47,629 nt of DNA from contig CAYGQZ010000004.1 in NCBI GenBank assembly GCA_964352055.1, positions 1 through 47,629 on the forward strand. The letters run 5' to 3'. How positions within the stretch are numbered: the first letter of the stretch is position 1; each line of letters starts with the position of its first letter. Shown piece after piece: positions 27,330 through 36,783 of the stretch. The stretch comes from an uncultured Rhodobacterales bacterium (GTDB lineage Bacteria > Pseudomonadota > Alphaproteobacteria > Rhodobacterales > Rhodobacteraceae). The notes below the pieces were generated by a model. It made no database searches. It was not told the origin of the DNA and saw nothing but the letters and a program-made list of their open reading frames with translations. A program made the translations under genes and the position numbers.

Positions 27330-29513
27330 ATGCCACGTGATAAAAAATACGACCCGCTCTTCGAGCCGATCCAACTTGGTCCTAAGACGATGAAAAACCG
27401 GTTCTATCAGACACCGCAATGTAACGGCGCAGGTCAGGACTTGCCCGGATCGCAGGCTGGCCACCGGCATATGAAAGCCGAAGGGGGCTGGGGAGCTGTT
27501 TGCACCGAATTGACGTCGATCAGCCCTGAGACCGATCTGACACCTCACCGGCTTGGAACGATCTGGGACGAAGGCGATGTAATCAACTACCGCCATTTTA
27601 ACGATGGCCTTCATAAACATGGCGCACTCGGCGGGATCGAGCTTTGCCATGCCGGGCCCCATTCGACAAACTGGTTCACGCGCCAGATCGCAAGGGGGCC
27701 GAGCGCCTATCAATCCGACGCAGAGCCACAAATCTATTGTGCGCCGATGTATGAAGAGGACTTTGACGAGATCATCAAAATGCATGTGGAGGCGGCCAAG
27801 CGTTCGGTCGATGCGGGCTTTGACATCATTTATCACTATGTCGCGGACTCGATGTTGATCCTTCAGTTCCTAGCGCCTCTCTATAACAAGCGGAACGACA
27901 AATGGGGCGGGGATTTCGAGAACCGAACCCGCTTCAGCCTGACCCTTCTGGAAGAAACCAAGAAGGCCATCGGCAATGATGCCGCCATCGCCACGCGCTT
28001 TTCCATTGATGCTCTTCAGGGCGCGGCTTCGATCGAAAAGCATGGCGACGGGCTTCGGTATCTGGAGCGCGTCGACAAGGAAGGTCTTGTGGATCTTTGG
28101 GATATCAAGATCGGTGCCTATGCCGAATGGGGTGAGGACGCAGCACCCTCCCGCTTCCAACAGTCGAACCATGAGCGCGGCTTTGTGGAAGGGATCAAGA
28201 GCATCGTCACCAAGCCCGTTCTGATGGTCGGTCATATGACCAGCCCGGACGACATGTTGGAGAACATCGAGAAGGGCATCTGCGATGTTATTGGCGGCAC
28301 GCGCGCTTCGATTGCGGATCCCTTCCTGCCCAACAAGGTGGATGAAGGGCGTGTCGATGACATCCGTGAATGCATCGGCTGCAACATGTGCGTGAGCCGC
28401 TTTGAGGTCGGTTCGATGCTCGTGTGCTCACAGAATGCGACGTCAATGGAGGAATATCGCCGCGGCTGGCACCCCGAGAAATTCGACAAGGCGGAAGACA
28501 CTTGCGCGGTTCTGGTTGTGGGGGCGGGGCCTTCGGGGCTCGAATGCGCGCGCGTTTTGGGCGAGCGGGGCTATGACGTTCACCTGCGCGAAGCGAGCGA
28601 TGAGCTCGGCGGCCATCTGAAGGATGTGCAGCGTTATCCCGGCTTGTCTGAGTGGGGGCGCGTCACCTCTTATCGTGAGCATCAACTCTCAAAGCTGAAA
28701 ACTGTCGAAGTGCATAAAGGCGTCGGCAAGATGACGGCGGATGACATTCTGGAGTATGGTGCCGACAAGATCGTGCTCGCAATTGGCGCGAGATGGAGCC
28801 CAAACGGGGCGACAGGGTCCACAGGCATGCAAGGGCTTCCGGGCGCAGACGCCGCCTTGCCGCAATTTGCGACCCCTGATCAGGTCATGGCTGGCAAGGC
28901 CATCGGCCAGCGTGTTCTTGTCCTTGACGGCGAGGGTTTTGTCCATGGCATCGGCATGGCCGAGATGATGGCTGATCTGGGCAAAGATGTCACGATCCTG
29001 TCGGAAAGCCATCTTGTCGCTTCCTATCTGGAAAGAACGCGTGAAACCGCCAACCTCCAGCGCATGATGAACGAAAAGGCGATAAATGAGCGCCCAATGC
29101 ACTGGGTCGAAGGGTTCAAGGTGCAGGGAGACGAGGTGCTCGCGGACATTTTCTATGTCTACCGCGATGGGTATAAGCGCGCGCTCAAGCCTTCAACCGA
29201 AGGGGGGCTACCCCGCCGCGTCGGAACAGAGGTGGACACCGTTGCTTTCGACAGCGTGATCCTGTGCACATCGCGCATTTCCAACAACGAGCTTTATGAC
29301 GAGCTGTTGCGCCGAAAGGACGAATGGGAAGAAAACGAGATCGAGGCAATCTACCGAGCGGGCGATTGTTATGCACCGCGCCTTTTGCCTGACGCGATGT
29401 TTGATGGCCACCGGATTGCGCGCGAATTCGAAAGCGCAAACCCGCAGCGGCCGTTGCCCATTATCCGTGAGCGGCAGATCTGGGGGCACGAGACCTTTCC
29501 CAAGCTGAACTGA
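27330..29513 (+). CDS. Trimethylamine/dimethylamine/histamine dehydrogenase family iron-sulfur flavoprotein
   Basis: DPLFEPIQLGPKTMKNRFYQTPQC (flavinylation Cys), KAEGGW, EWGEDA, CIGCNMC..C 4Fe-4S motif, EEYRRGWHPE, VGAGPSG. Confidence 0.92.
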   Translation: MPRDKKYDPLFEPIQLGPKTMKNRFYQTPQCNGAGQDLPGSQAGHRHMKAEGGWGAVCTELTSISPETDLTPHRLGTIWDEGDVINYRHFNDGLHKHGALGGIELCHAGPHSTNWFTRQIARGPSAYQSDAEPQIYCAPMYEEDFDEIIKMHVEAAKRSVDAGFDIIYHYVADSMLILQFLAPLYNKRNDKWGGDFENRTRFSLTLLEETKKAIGNDAAIATRFSIDALQGAASIEKHGDGLRYLERVDKEGLVDLWDIKIGAYAEWGEDAAPSRFQQSNHERGFVEGIKSIVTKPVLMVGHMTSPDDMLENIEKGICDVIGGTRASIADPFLPNKVDEGRVDDIRECIGCNMCVSRFEVGSMLVCSQNATSMEEYRRGWHPEKFDKAEDTCAVLVVGAGPSGLECARVLGERGYDVHLREASDELGGHLKDVQRYPGLSEWGRVTSYREHQLSKLKTVEVHKGVGKMTADDILEYGADKIVLAIGARWSPNGATGSTGMQGLPGADAALPQFATPDQVMAGKAIGQRVLVLDGEGFVHGIGMAEMMADLGKDVTILSESHLVASYLERTRETANLQRMMNEKAINERPMHWVEGFKVQGDEVLADIFYVYRDGYKRALKPSTEGGLPRRVGTEVDTVAFDSVILCTSRISNNELYDELLRRKDEWEENEIEAIYRAGDCYAPRLLPDAMFDGHRIAREFESANPQRPLPIIRERQIWGHETFPKLN

Positions 29514-29545
29514 TCTCCCGACAGGCAGATTTCGTTCAGTCACCT

Positions 29546-29581
29546 AAAAGCGCGGGGCACTCCCTCCCCGCGCTTTTTTTG
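29546..29581. terminator. Bidirectional intrinsic terminator between the dehydrogenase and etfA
   Basis: AAAAGCGCGGGG/CCCCGCGCTTTT stem with T-run on + and A4 on the other side. Confidence 0.85.
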
Positions 29582-29599
29582 TGCCTAGATCGGGGGGGC

Positions 29600-30574
29600 T
29601 CAGCTCGAGAGTCCAAGCTGCGCCTCAAGGGCCTCGGCAAGCGCCAGCGCATCCACTGTCGAGCCGAACTTGGAATAGCCGAAAATCGGTGCGCCGGGAT
29701 CGTTGTTGACAGCGATTATTGTATCGACATGCTTCATTCCGTAGAGGTGCTGAACCGCACCCGAAATGCCCACCGCGATATAGAGCTTGCAGCTCGCAGC
29801 GACAGTCCCTGATTGGCCCACCTGATGCGCCTTGGGCAGATGGCCCGCATCGGCAAACGGACGAGAGCAGCCAAGCGTCGCGCCCAATTTGTCCGCGATG
29901 GCGGCAAACCGCGGAATATTGTCGGCGTTCTGAATGCCGCGCCCCACCGAAAGGATAATTTCGGCCTTGCCGATGTCGATATCTGCGGCGGGCGGCGCAA
30001 TGTATTCCAGGTGTTCTGTCGTAGCACCGGTGCTTGATGCGGCCCGTATGGTGACCTGAGCGCTGCCAGTTTCATCTGCGGCTGGGAATGTGGCGCCGCG
30101 ACATGTCAGAACAACGGCCGCTTTCCCTGGAAAAGCGAGATCAAGATTAACTTTGCCTGCATGGGCCGACCGTGTGGCGATAACGCCGCTGTCATCAAAG
30201 CGAAGCGCAATAACGTCGCTTGCAAACCCCGCGCTAACCCGCGCCGCAAGAGAGCCGGCACAGGCAAGACCGTTCGCGGTATGGCCCATCAAGACCAATG
30301 ACGGCTGTTCCTCTTTGCACAGGGCCAGAACCTCGTCTTCGTATACGGCCGCATCGAAATGGGCTGAGCCGACGTCGATGGATATGACCTCATCGACCCC
30401 TTCAAGGTTGAGCGCATTGGCAAGGTCCGCATTACCATCTGAAAGCACCACTGCCTTAAGTGTGCCGCCTGCCTCGGACTTGATCGCACGACCCGCGCCC
30501 AGAATTTCCTGCGATATCTTGGCTATTTTTCCGTTCATATGTTCCGCAATGACAAGAATGCCGGACATGGTCAT
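29600..30574 (-). CDS. etfA: Electron transfer flavoprotein alpha subunit
   Basis: ILVIAEH, SVGRGI, LGCSRP, QVGQSG, LYIAVGISGAVQH, AVNNDPGAPIF. Confidence 0.95.
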   Translation of the reverse strand: MTMSGILVIAEHMNGKIAKISQEILGAGRAIKSEAGGTLKAVVLSDGNADLANALNLEGVDEVISIDVGSAHFDAAVYEDEVLALCKEEQPSLVLMGHTANGLACAGSLAARVSAGFASDVIALRFDDSGVIATRSAHAGKVNLDLAFPGKAAVVLTCRGATFPAADETGSAQVTIRAASSTGATTEHLEYIAPPAADIDIGKAEIILSVGRGIQNADNIPRFAAIADKLGATLGCSRPFADAGHLPKAHQVGQSGTVAASCKLYIAVGISGAVQHLYGMKHVDTIIAVNNDPGAPIFGYSKFGSTVDALALAEALEAQLGLSS

Positions 30575-33500
30575 GCTCCCTTCGTTTCTTTGATCTTTTC
30601 AACAATGAAGCTGGCGACATCGGGGGCCGCGCCATCCAGCATCGTGGCCTGTTCGACCACCGGTTCATACATGCGCTGGACGACATACCCAGCGGACCCG
30701 TCGTCCAATGCGCCGCCGTCCACAACATCAACGGTCTTTTTCTTGGCCTGCTTGATCATACGCATGGTGGCGTAGCGGGGTTGGTTGGAGCCGGTCTGAA
30801 TGGTCACAATCGCCGGGACAGGCGAGGTGAACCGATGCTGTGCGCCGCCCTCGATCTCGCGCGTGACGGTCATTCTGGGGCCGCCATCCCAATCACAGTC
30901 AATGACAGATGCGCTGTGCGGCAGGTCCAGTATCCCGGCGAGCGCGATACCCGTGGATCCGTGCCCCAGATCAGACGACTGAACGCCGCAAATGAAAATG
31001 TCGGGGTTTTCCAGTTTGGCGATACCGGCAAGGCCACGCGCGATGGTGATCGGGTCTGCATCAGCAAGGCTATCGTCCCAAATGCGCACGCTTCGGTCTG
31101 CGCCCATGGCCATCGCCTTTCTCAGCGTCGCCTCAGCGTCTTGCGAACCGAGGGTCACTGCGACCACCTCGCAATCGCCCAAGGCCTCAGACATCAGCAG
31201 CGCAGTCTCCATCGCGGCCTCATCCCATTCGTTGATCTTGTAGTCGAAGGAGTCCGCAGGCAGGCTGCGATCACCGGCGATCTGGAACCCTTCGTTGAGG
31301 ACGCCAACGTGCCTGACCGCCACGAGAATCTTATGCTTTTTCGCCTCTGGCATGTCGTAGGGTGGGAACTCGGCCGCGAGGACAGGCGCGGGATCGGCCC
31401 ATGTCATGGGACGCAGTGCCTTGGCAACAGGCGCCGGTGCTGCATCTGGAGTTGACTGCAGTTCTGGTTCCGGTTCAGGGGTCACTTCAGGCGCGGGGAC
31501 AGGTTGCAAGGGCGCTGTCGGCTCCGGCTCGGTTGTTGGGGGGGAGGCAAGAGCGGGCACTGCAATTTGGGCCATCCTTTCGGCCAGCCCCGCATCGATC
31601 CTTTGCATCACACCAGCCGCGATGATCTGGGTGGATTTCTCGATGATCTGTTTGACAAGAGCGGGGAACCCCTCGCTTTTGATCTTGTTCAGCTCAACAG
31701 CGTCGGCGACCAGCTCTGCCAGATCGTCGATTGTAAAATCGCCGTCATGATTGCTGGTTTTATTTGCATCTTCATACATAGTGAGATCCTTCGGGCAACA
31801 TACGATAAAGCTTTCGACACCCTTAAGCGTGGCAGCTTCGTGCATTCGGTTTTCGGATGGTTTTTCTCCGGGTTGATCAGGCATCCAGATGCGCCCACCA
31901 CCGGCACCACAGCAAAATGAATTGTCACGGTTGCGCGGCATCTCGACGATTTCGCAACCAATCAGTTTGAGCACTTCGCGCGGCGCGTCATAGCCGCCAT
32001 TCAGACGCCCGAGGTGGCAGGGGTCATGAAAGGTCACACGCCTGTTCAGCGGTTTTGTGACCTTCAGTTGTCCGCTGCGCAGAAGTCCTGCGAGAATGCT
32101 CGAATAGTGGTCGATCTCGGCGATATCGCCATATTCGGGATATTCATTGCGCAGCGTGTTATAGCTGTGCGGGTCGGTGGTGATGATCCGCTTGAAGGGA
32201 TGTGCCTGATTGATCTGTTCGACATTGTGTTCGGCCAGCAGGGAAAACAGACCCTCTTCGCCCGCGCGGCGTATGTCGTTGCCAGCGCAATGTTCGCTCT
32301 CATGCAAGAGCGCGAAATCCACGCGAGCCTTTCGCAAAAGCCGTGCAAACGTGCGCGAAACCTTCTGGTTGCGAGGATCGAAAGAGGCATAGTCACCGAC
32401 AAACCAAAGGTATTCGGCGGGTTCCTCGCGGATATCCTTAACCTTGAAATCCAGTTCTTGCGTCCAGGCAGACCGTTTTCGGCTGGGTTCGCCAAAACTG
32501 TTGCCGACATCACCGAGGGCCGTGAAGGTATTTTGCAGCAACGGATCGATTTTGCCCTGATCCACCAGCGCACGGCGCATGCGCACGATCTTGGAGGGCT
32601 GTTCAATGCCCACCGGGCAGATTTCCTGACACGCGCCGCAGCTCATGCAAGACCATAGGGTTTCGTCCGAAATCACCATTTCGATGGGCGTCGATCCGGC
32701 AGCGGCGTTTGTATTGGCGGTGCGCAGGTCGAGGATCAGGTCACGCGGGCTCAGCGGATAGCCCGAGGCGGCGGCAGGGCAGGCTTCATGACAGCGTCCG
32801 CATTTTGTGCAGGCATCGAAATCGAGCATGTCCTTTAGCGTAAAGTCAGACAGAACCGATATGCCGGATGTTTCGCTGTCCTCAGGCTCGGCTGGTAACC
32901 TGCTGAGGGGTTTCTCGTTCCTTAAGAGGAGTGATCCGAGCACCGAAATGATGTGCTTTGCCTTGTACCAAGGCAATGCCGCAATGAAGGCCAGCGACAG
33001 TAAACCATGTGACCACCAGCCCCAAAGCCGAAGCGTTTTTGCGGTTTCAACGGACAGACCCAAGGCTGCATAGACAAGTGATACGGCATAGCCCACCGGC
33101 GACCAGATCGCCCAGTCAGGCTTATCGGTATGAAGGCGTAAACCTTCCTGCAAGAATCCTGAAGCCGTAATGATAATGAGAATGATCAAGAAAGCATGAT
33201 CCTCTCGGGCCCACGTCTTTTGCACCTTGGTGGGCTCTGTCTGGCCGCGATAGCTGCGCAAGTATTGCAGTTTTGCAGGCTGCATCACCCAGCGACGCCA
33301 CCCCATCACGCATAGACCGACCAACAAGGCGAGACCGCCCAGATCGACCACAAGGCTAAACAGAAGATAGAAATCACCCTTCCAAAAACTGAACCCGAAG
33401 AGCGGCTTAAAGATATCGTGGTCGAGTGTGATGATAGAGGTGCCTATAAAGGCAATGGTAAAGCCGAAGAAGATGGCTGTATGGGCAATCCCGGCCCGTT

Positions 33501-33720
33501 TGTCGCGTCGGCGGACCATCCGGTGAGTCAATAGATCCGACACCAGGCGCTTGAGAGCGGCCCCGAGTGTCAACGTCTCGGCGGTTGCATTGGCTGCCCT
33601 GTATTTGGCGATATGGTGCCAGACGCCATAGAGAAATCCTGCGATGACCGTGAAGGCGATAGCGTAGAAGACGCCGACTTCCACGGGCCCTAAGGACCAG
33701 AACAGTTCGCGCGTTTCCAT
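30571..33720 (-). CDS. Fusion: membrane cytochrome b-like + 2x[4Fe-4S] + CCG domains (FadF/DgcB/EMO-like) + Pro-rich linker + ETF beta subunit
   Basis: TM N-terminus with candidate heme His residues; CTKCGRCHEACP, CMSCGACQEICP, FHDPCHLGR, FCCGAGGG. C-terminal INEWDEAAME, AMAMGAD, GVQSSD, VTREIEGG, PRYATM are EtfB motifs. Confidence 0.9.
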   Translation of the reverse strand: METRELFWSLGPVEVGVFYAIAFTVIAGFLYGVWHHIAKYRAANATAETLTLGAALKRLVSDLLTHRMVRRRDKRAGIAHTAIFFGFTIAFIGTSIITLDHDIFKPLFGFSFWKGDFYLLFSLVVDLGGLALLVGLCVMGWRRWVMQPAKLQYLRSYRGQTEPTKVQKTWAREDHAFLIILIIITASGFLQEGLRLHTDKPDWAIWSPVGYAVSLVYAALGLSVETAKTLRLWGWWSHGLLSLAFIAALPWYKAKHIISVLGSLLLRNEKPLSRLPAEPEDSETSGISVLSDFTLKDMLDFDACTKCGRCHEACPAAASGYPLSPRDLILDLRTANTNAAAGSTPIEMVISDETLWSCMSCGACQEICPVGIEQPSKIVRMRRALVDQGKIDPLLQNTFTALGDVGNSFGEPSRKRSAWTQELDFKVKDIREEPAEYLWFVGDYASFDPRNQKVSRTFARLLRKARVDFALLHESEHCAGNDIRRAGEEGLFSLLAEHNVEQINQAHPFKRIITTDPHSYNTLRNEYPEYGDIAEIDHYSSILAGLLRSGQLKVTKPLNRRVTFHDPCHLGRLNGGYDAPREVLKLIGCEIVEMPRNRDNSFCCGAGGGRIWMPDQPGEKPSENRMHEAATLKGVESFIVCCPKDLTMYEDANKTSNHDGDFTIDDLAELVADAVELNKIKSEGFPALVKQIIEKSTQIIAAGVMQRIDAGLAERMAQIAVPALASPPTTEPEPTAPLQPVPAPEVTPEPEPELQSTPDAAPAPVAKALRPMTWADPAPVLAAEFPPYDMPEAKKHKILVAVRHVGVLNEGFQIAGDRSLPADSFDYKINEWDEAAMETALLMSEALGDCEVVAVTLGSQDAEATLRKAMAMGADRSVRIWDDSLADADPITIARGLAGIAKLENPDIFICGVQSSDLGHGSTGIALAGILDLPHSASVIDCDWDGGPRMTVTREIEGGAQHRFTSPVPAIVTIQTGSNQPRYATMRMIKQAKKKTVDVVDGGALDDGSAGYVVQRMYEPVVEQATMLDGAAPDVASFIVEKIKETKGA

Positions 33721-34115
33721 TTTCGCTCCCTAGGCTTGCTGAACGTCGCAGTTTGCCGCCGGCCAGCACCTTTACGAGCGCATGATCAAAGTCTGACAGA
33801 AGCAATCGATGCGTTTTCCGTGACCGGAGGTTGCAAGCATCATATGTGCCGTTCCGCTTCTGCGTATTTCATAAACATGCGCCGCATAGCACATTCGAAG
33901 GTCTGAAATTGGCCTGCCCTCTTGGGATAGCGGTTTAGAAGTTGTGTATCACCTATCCAGCATTGGTTTTGCCGAAGGTCGCAACCCATTGATGAGGGGA
34001 GCAGCGTGAGCACTTCGACCGTGCGCGATTTCCCATCTGAGACTCCCAGTTGACGTTTTTACAAGCGCGTTCGGACGTGGCTCTTGGGGGGAGAAATTTC
34101 CACACGAAGTTTTCC

Positions 34116-34130
34116 TTGATCAATGATCTA
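34116..34130. promoter_or_regulatory. TTGATC-N3-GATCAA box (candidate GntR operator) upstream of the GMC/ABC operon
   Basis: TTGATC-aat-GATCTA; same motif at 39473 and 39624. Confidence 0.6.
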
Positions 34131-34233
34131 AGAATGAATACGCTCAGGAAACTGAGTTCTGATGTCTTTGACGGACGGGCTCGTCGCAGCATTTACGATC
34201 AATGCCCGTGTCGGAAGGGGAGAACGGTTCGAA

Positions 34234-34701
34234 ATGAACGTCTTGAACCATATCATCGTAGGAGCGGGCTCAGCCGGGTGCCTTCTGGCAAATAGGCTGA
34301 GTCAAACTGGCGACCGCAGTGTGCTTGTTCTCGAAGCTGGGCCGATGGATCGCAAACTGGCGATTCATATTCCTGCGGGGGTCTCCAAGGCTTATCTTAA
34401 CCTGGGCATCAACCGGAACTACGAAGCCGCCCTGCACGCGCGCCGCGTTTTTCGAGCCGGGGTTCGTCGCGGACGTGAGTTGCTGGCCCAGCTGGCCTTC
34501 GATGCGTTGCGCGGGATCGAAACGCTTCGCGTTGTCCACGCCTCCATCATGCCCCGCGTTGCAAGCGCCAATCTAAAGGCTCCGACTCTGATGATCGCGG
34601 CACGCGCCGCTGGTTTCATTCTGGGTCGCCAGCAAAAGGAGCCACAAACCGTGCCTCTGCATTTCAGGGAGAAGAGCCCCTGTGCCTACCAAACGATTTA
34701 G
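34234..34701 (+). pseudogene. Internally deleted GMC oxidoreductase (choline dehydrogenase-like) remnant, still in frame
   Basis: N-terminal [24 protein letters not shown] joined to C-terminal [20 protein letters not shown] in only 155 aa; catalytic His segment absent. Confidence 0.85.
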
Positions 34702-34722
34702 TCAACACAAAAGGAGAGACCA

Positions 34723-35673
34723 ATGAAAAAGACCATAATCTCAGCCGCACTGGTCGCGGCAACATTTGCCGGAGCTGCTGCTGCCGACGTTCCGGAGACA
34801 CGCAAACCGATCAAATTCGCCGTCGGCGACTGGACTGGCATCTTCATTTCTACCGGAATCGCGCGGGCAGTTCTTGAAGATATGGGCTATCGCACAGACG
34901 AAGTGGTGTCGGATGCCTCTGCTTGGTGGCCTGCGATGGAAGGCGGCGATATCGATGTATCTCTGGAAGCCTGGACAACCGTTTGGCGGGTTGCGATTGA
35001 TGAGGCCGAAGCCGCAGGACAAATCGAAGTTCTTGGTGAACTCGGTCTCCAAGGGATCGAAACTTGGTGGTATCCTGCGTATGTCGAGGAGCTGTGCCCG
35101 GGGCTTCCAGACTATACTGCATTGCAGAATTGCTCAGAAGTGTTTGCTACGGCTGAAACAGGTGGCAGAGGTCGGTATCTGGCCGGGCCGGTCTCTTGGG
35201 GTGGTAACGAAGAAGAACGGGTCGCAGCACTTGGCCTCGATTTCGAGATTGTCCACGCAGGTACAGATGCGGCGATGTTCGCCGAACTCGATTCCGCCTA
35301 TGCCCGCCAGGAACCGATTATTATGTGGCTTTGGGCCCCGCATTGGGCTCCGGTAAAATATGAAGGCAGCTTTGTTGAATTTCCTCCATACACGCCGGAA
35401 TGCGTCGAAGACCCGTCATGGGGCGTGAACCCGGATCTGGCGTATGACTGCGACAAGCCGACTGGTCCTGTCATGATGATTTCCAGCCCTGCTGCCCGTG
35501 ATACCTGGCCTTGTGCGATCCAAACGATCGAGAACATCAACATGAGCAACGATGAATACGGCGCTCTTTGGGGTAAAGTTGATCTCGAAGGAATGGAAGT
35601 CGAAGAAGTCGTCGACGCCTGGATGGCAGAAAACCAAGACCGTTGGAAATCCTGGCAGGCGTGCCAAGGTTAA
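34723..35673 (+). CDS. Betaine/proline/TMAO-type ABC transporter substrate-binding protein (ProX/TmoX-like)
   Basis: Signal peptide; DWTG, WWYPAYVEELCPGLPD, FATAETGGRGRYL, WAPHW, VEFPPY. Confidence 0.9.
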   Translation: MKKTIISAALVAATFAGAAAADVPETRKPIKFAVGDWTGIFISTGIARAVLEDMGYRTDEVVSDASAWWPAMEGGDIDVSLEAWTTVWRVAIDEAEAAGQIEVLGELGLQGIETWWYPAYVEELCPGLPDYTALQNCSEVFATAETGGRGRYLAGPVSWGGNEEERVAALGLDFEIVHAGTDAAMFAELDSAYARQEPIIMWLWAPHWAPVKYEGSFVEFPPYTPECVEDPSWGVNPDLAYDCDKPTGPVMMISSPAARDTWPCAIQTIENINMSNDEYGALWGKVDLEGMEVEEVVDAWMAENQDRWKSWQACQG

Positions 35674-35703
35674 TTTGATGCCAGAGATGAAGGATATCTT
35701 TTC

Positions 35704-36783
35704 ATGCTGAATAACGAGAGCAACCTGACATCTCTGGCAGATGAAATGGCAACGCGGCCCACAAAACTTGTGGGCCGCGATGTCTGGAAAGTGTTTGGGG
35801 CTCATCCAGAACGCTTTTTCCAGGATGGCCGCGTGCCGACGGCGGAAGAAATTCTGGAGCATGGACATGTTCCGGCAAATATTGACGCGAATGTCGAAGT
35901 CAAAGCGGGCGAAACTTTTGTCCTGATGGGGTTGTCGGGGTCCGGCAAATCCACGTTGCTGCGGTGTCTGGCGCAGCTCGCGCCACCGACCCATGGGGCG
36001 ATCCTGCTTGATGGTGAAAATCTTGCGGAAATGTCCGAAAAGGATCTACGCGAGGTGCGCCGCAAGAAAATGAGCATGGTGTTTCAACATTTTGCGCTGC
36101 TTCCGTTTCGAACCGTGCTGCAAAACATCGGCTTCCCGCTTGAAGTCCAGGGTTTGCCAGCCAGTCAGGTCGAAAACCGGGCGCGCGAGGCGCTGGAACT
36201 CGTGGGTCTCAGCGGTTTTGAAAACAGGTTGCCGCGCGAACTCTCTGGCGGGCAACAGCAAAGGGTCGGCATCGCCCGATCGCTGGTGAATGACCCCGAT
36301 GTCTGGTTTCTGGATGAGCCGTTTTCGGCGCTGGACCCATTGATCCGGCTGGATCTGCAAGAAGAGGTCAAAGCGCTCAAGGCGCGTTTGCAAAAAACCA
36401 CTGTGTTTGTGACCCATGATCTGGACGAAGCCGTGCGGCTGGCGGACCGCATCGCGATTATGCAGGACGGTCGGATTATCCAGACCGGGACGCCAGAGGA
36501 ATGTGTGATGAATCCGGCGACGGATTATGTCCGCCGGTTCACGGCGAGCGTCTCTAAGATCAAAGTTGCGAGGATCGGCTCCGCAATGCGCGCTGAGGAC
36601 GCCAGCCTTTCCGCCGATGCGCCGGTTCTTTCCGCGTCGGATCTGGTATCCGAGCAATTGAGGGCCATCCTGACGAGCGGCTCTGTCTTCCGGGTCGTCA
36701 ACCAATCCGGGAAGTCTGTCGGGCAGATCGGGAGCGCCGAGGTGGTCGACCTGTTGCAGCCGACCGGGGAAGGGAGATCATGA
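35704..36783 (+). CDS. Betaine-type ABC transporter ATP-binding protein (ProV-like)
   Basis: MGLSGSGKST, MVFQHFALLP, LSGGQQQRVG, DEPFSALDPLIR. Confidence 0.95.
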   Translation: MLNNESNLTSLADEMATRPTKLVGRDVWKVFGAHPERFFQDGRVPTAEEILEHGHVPANIDANVEVKAGETFVLMGLSGSGKSTLLRCLAQLAPPTHGAILLDGENLAEMSEKDLREVRRKKMSMVFQHFALLPFRTVLQNIGFPLEVQGLPASQVENRAREALELVGLSGFENRLPRELSGGQQQRVGIARSLVNDPDVWFLDEPFSALDPLIRLDLQEEVKALKARLQKTTVFVTHDLDEAVRLADRIAIMQDGRIIQTGTPEECVMNPATDYVRRFTASVSKIKVARIGSAMRAEDASLSADAPVLSASDLVSEQLRAILTSGSVFRVVNQSGKSVGQIGSAEVVDLLQPTGEGRS

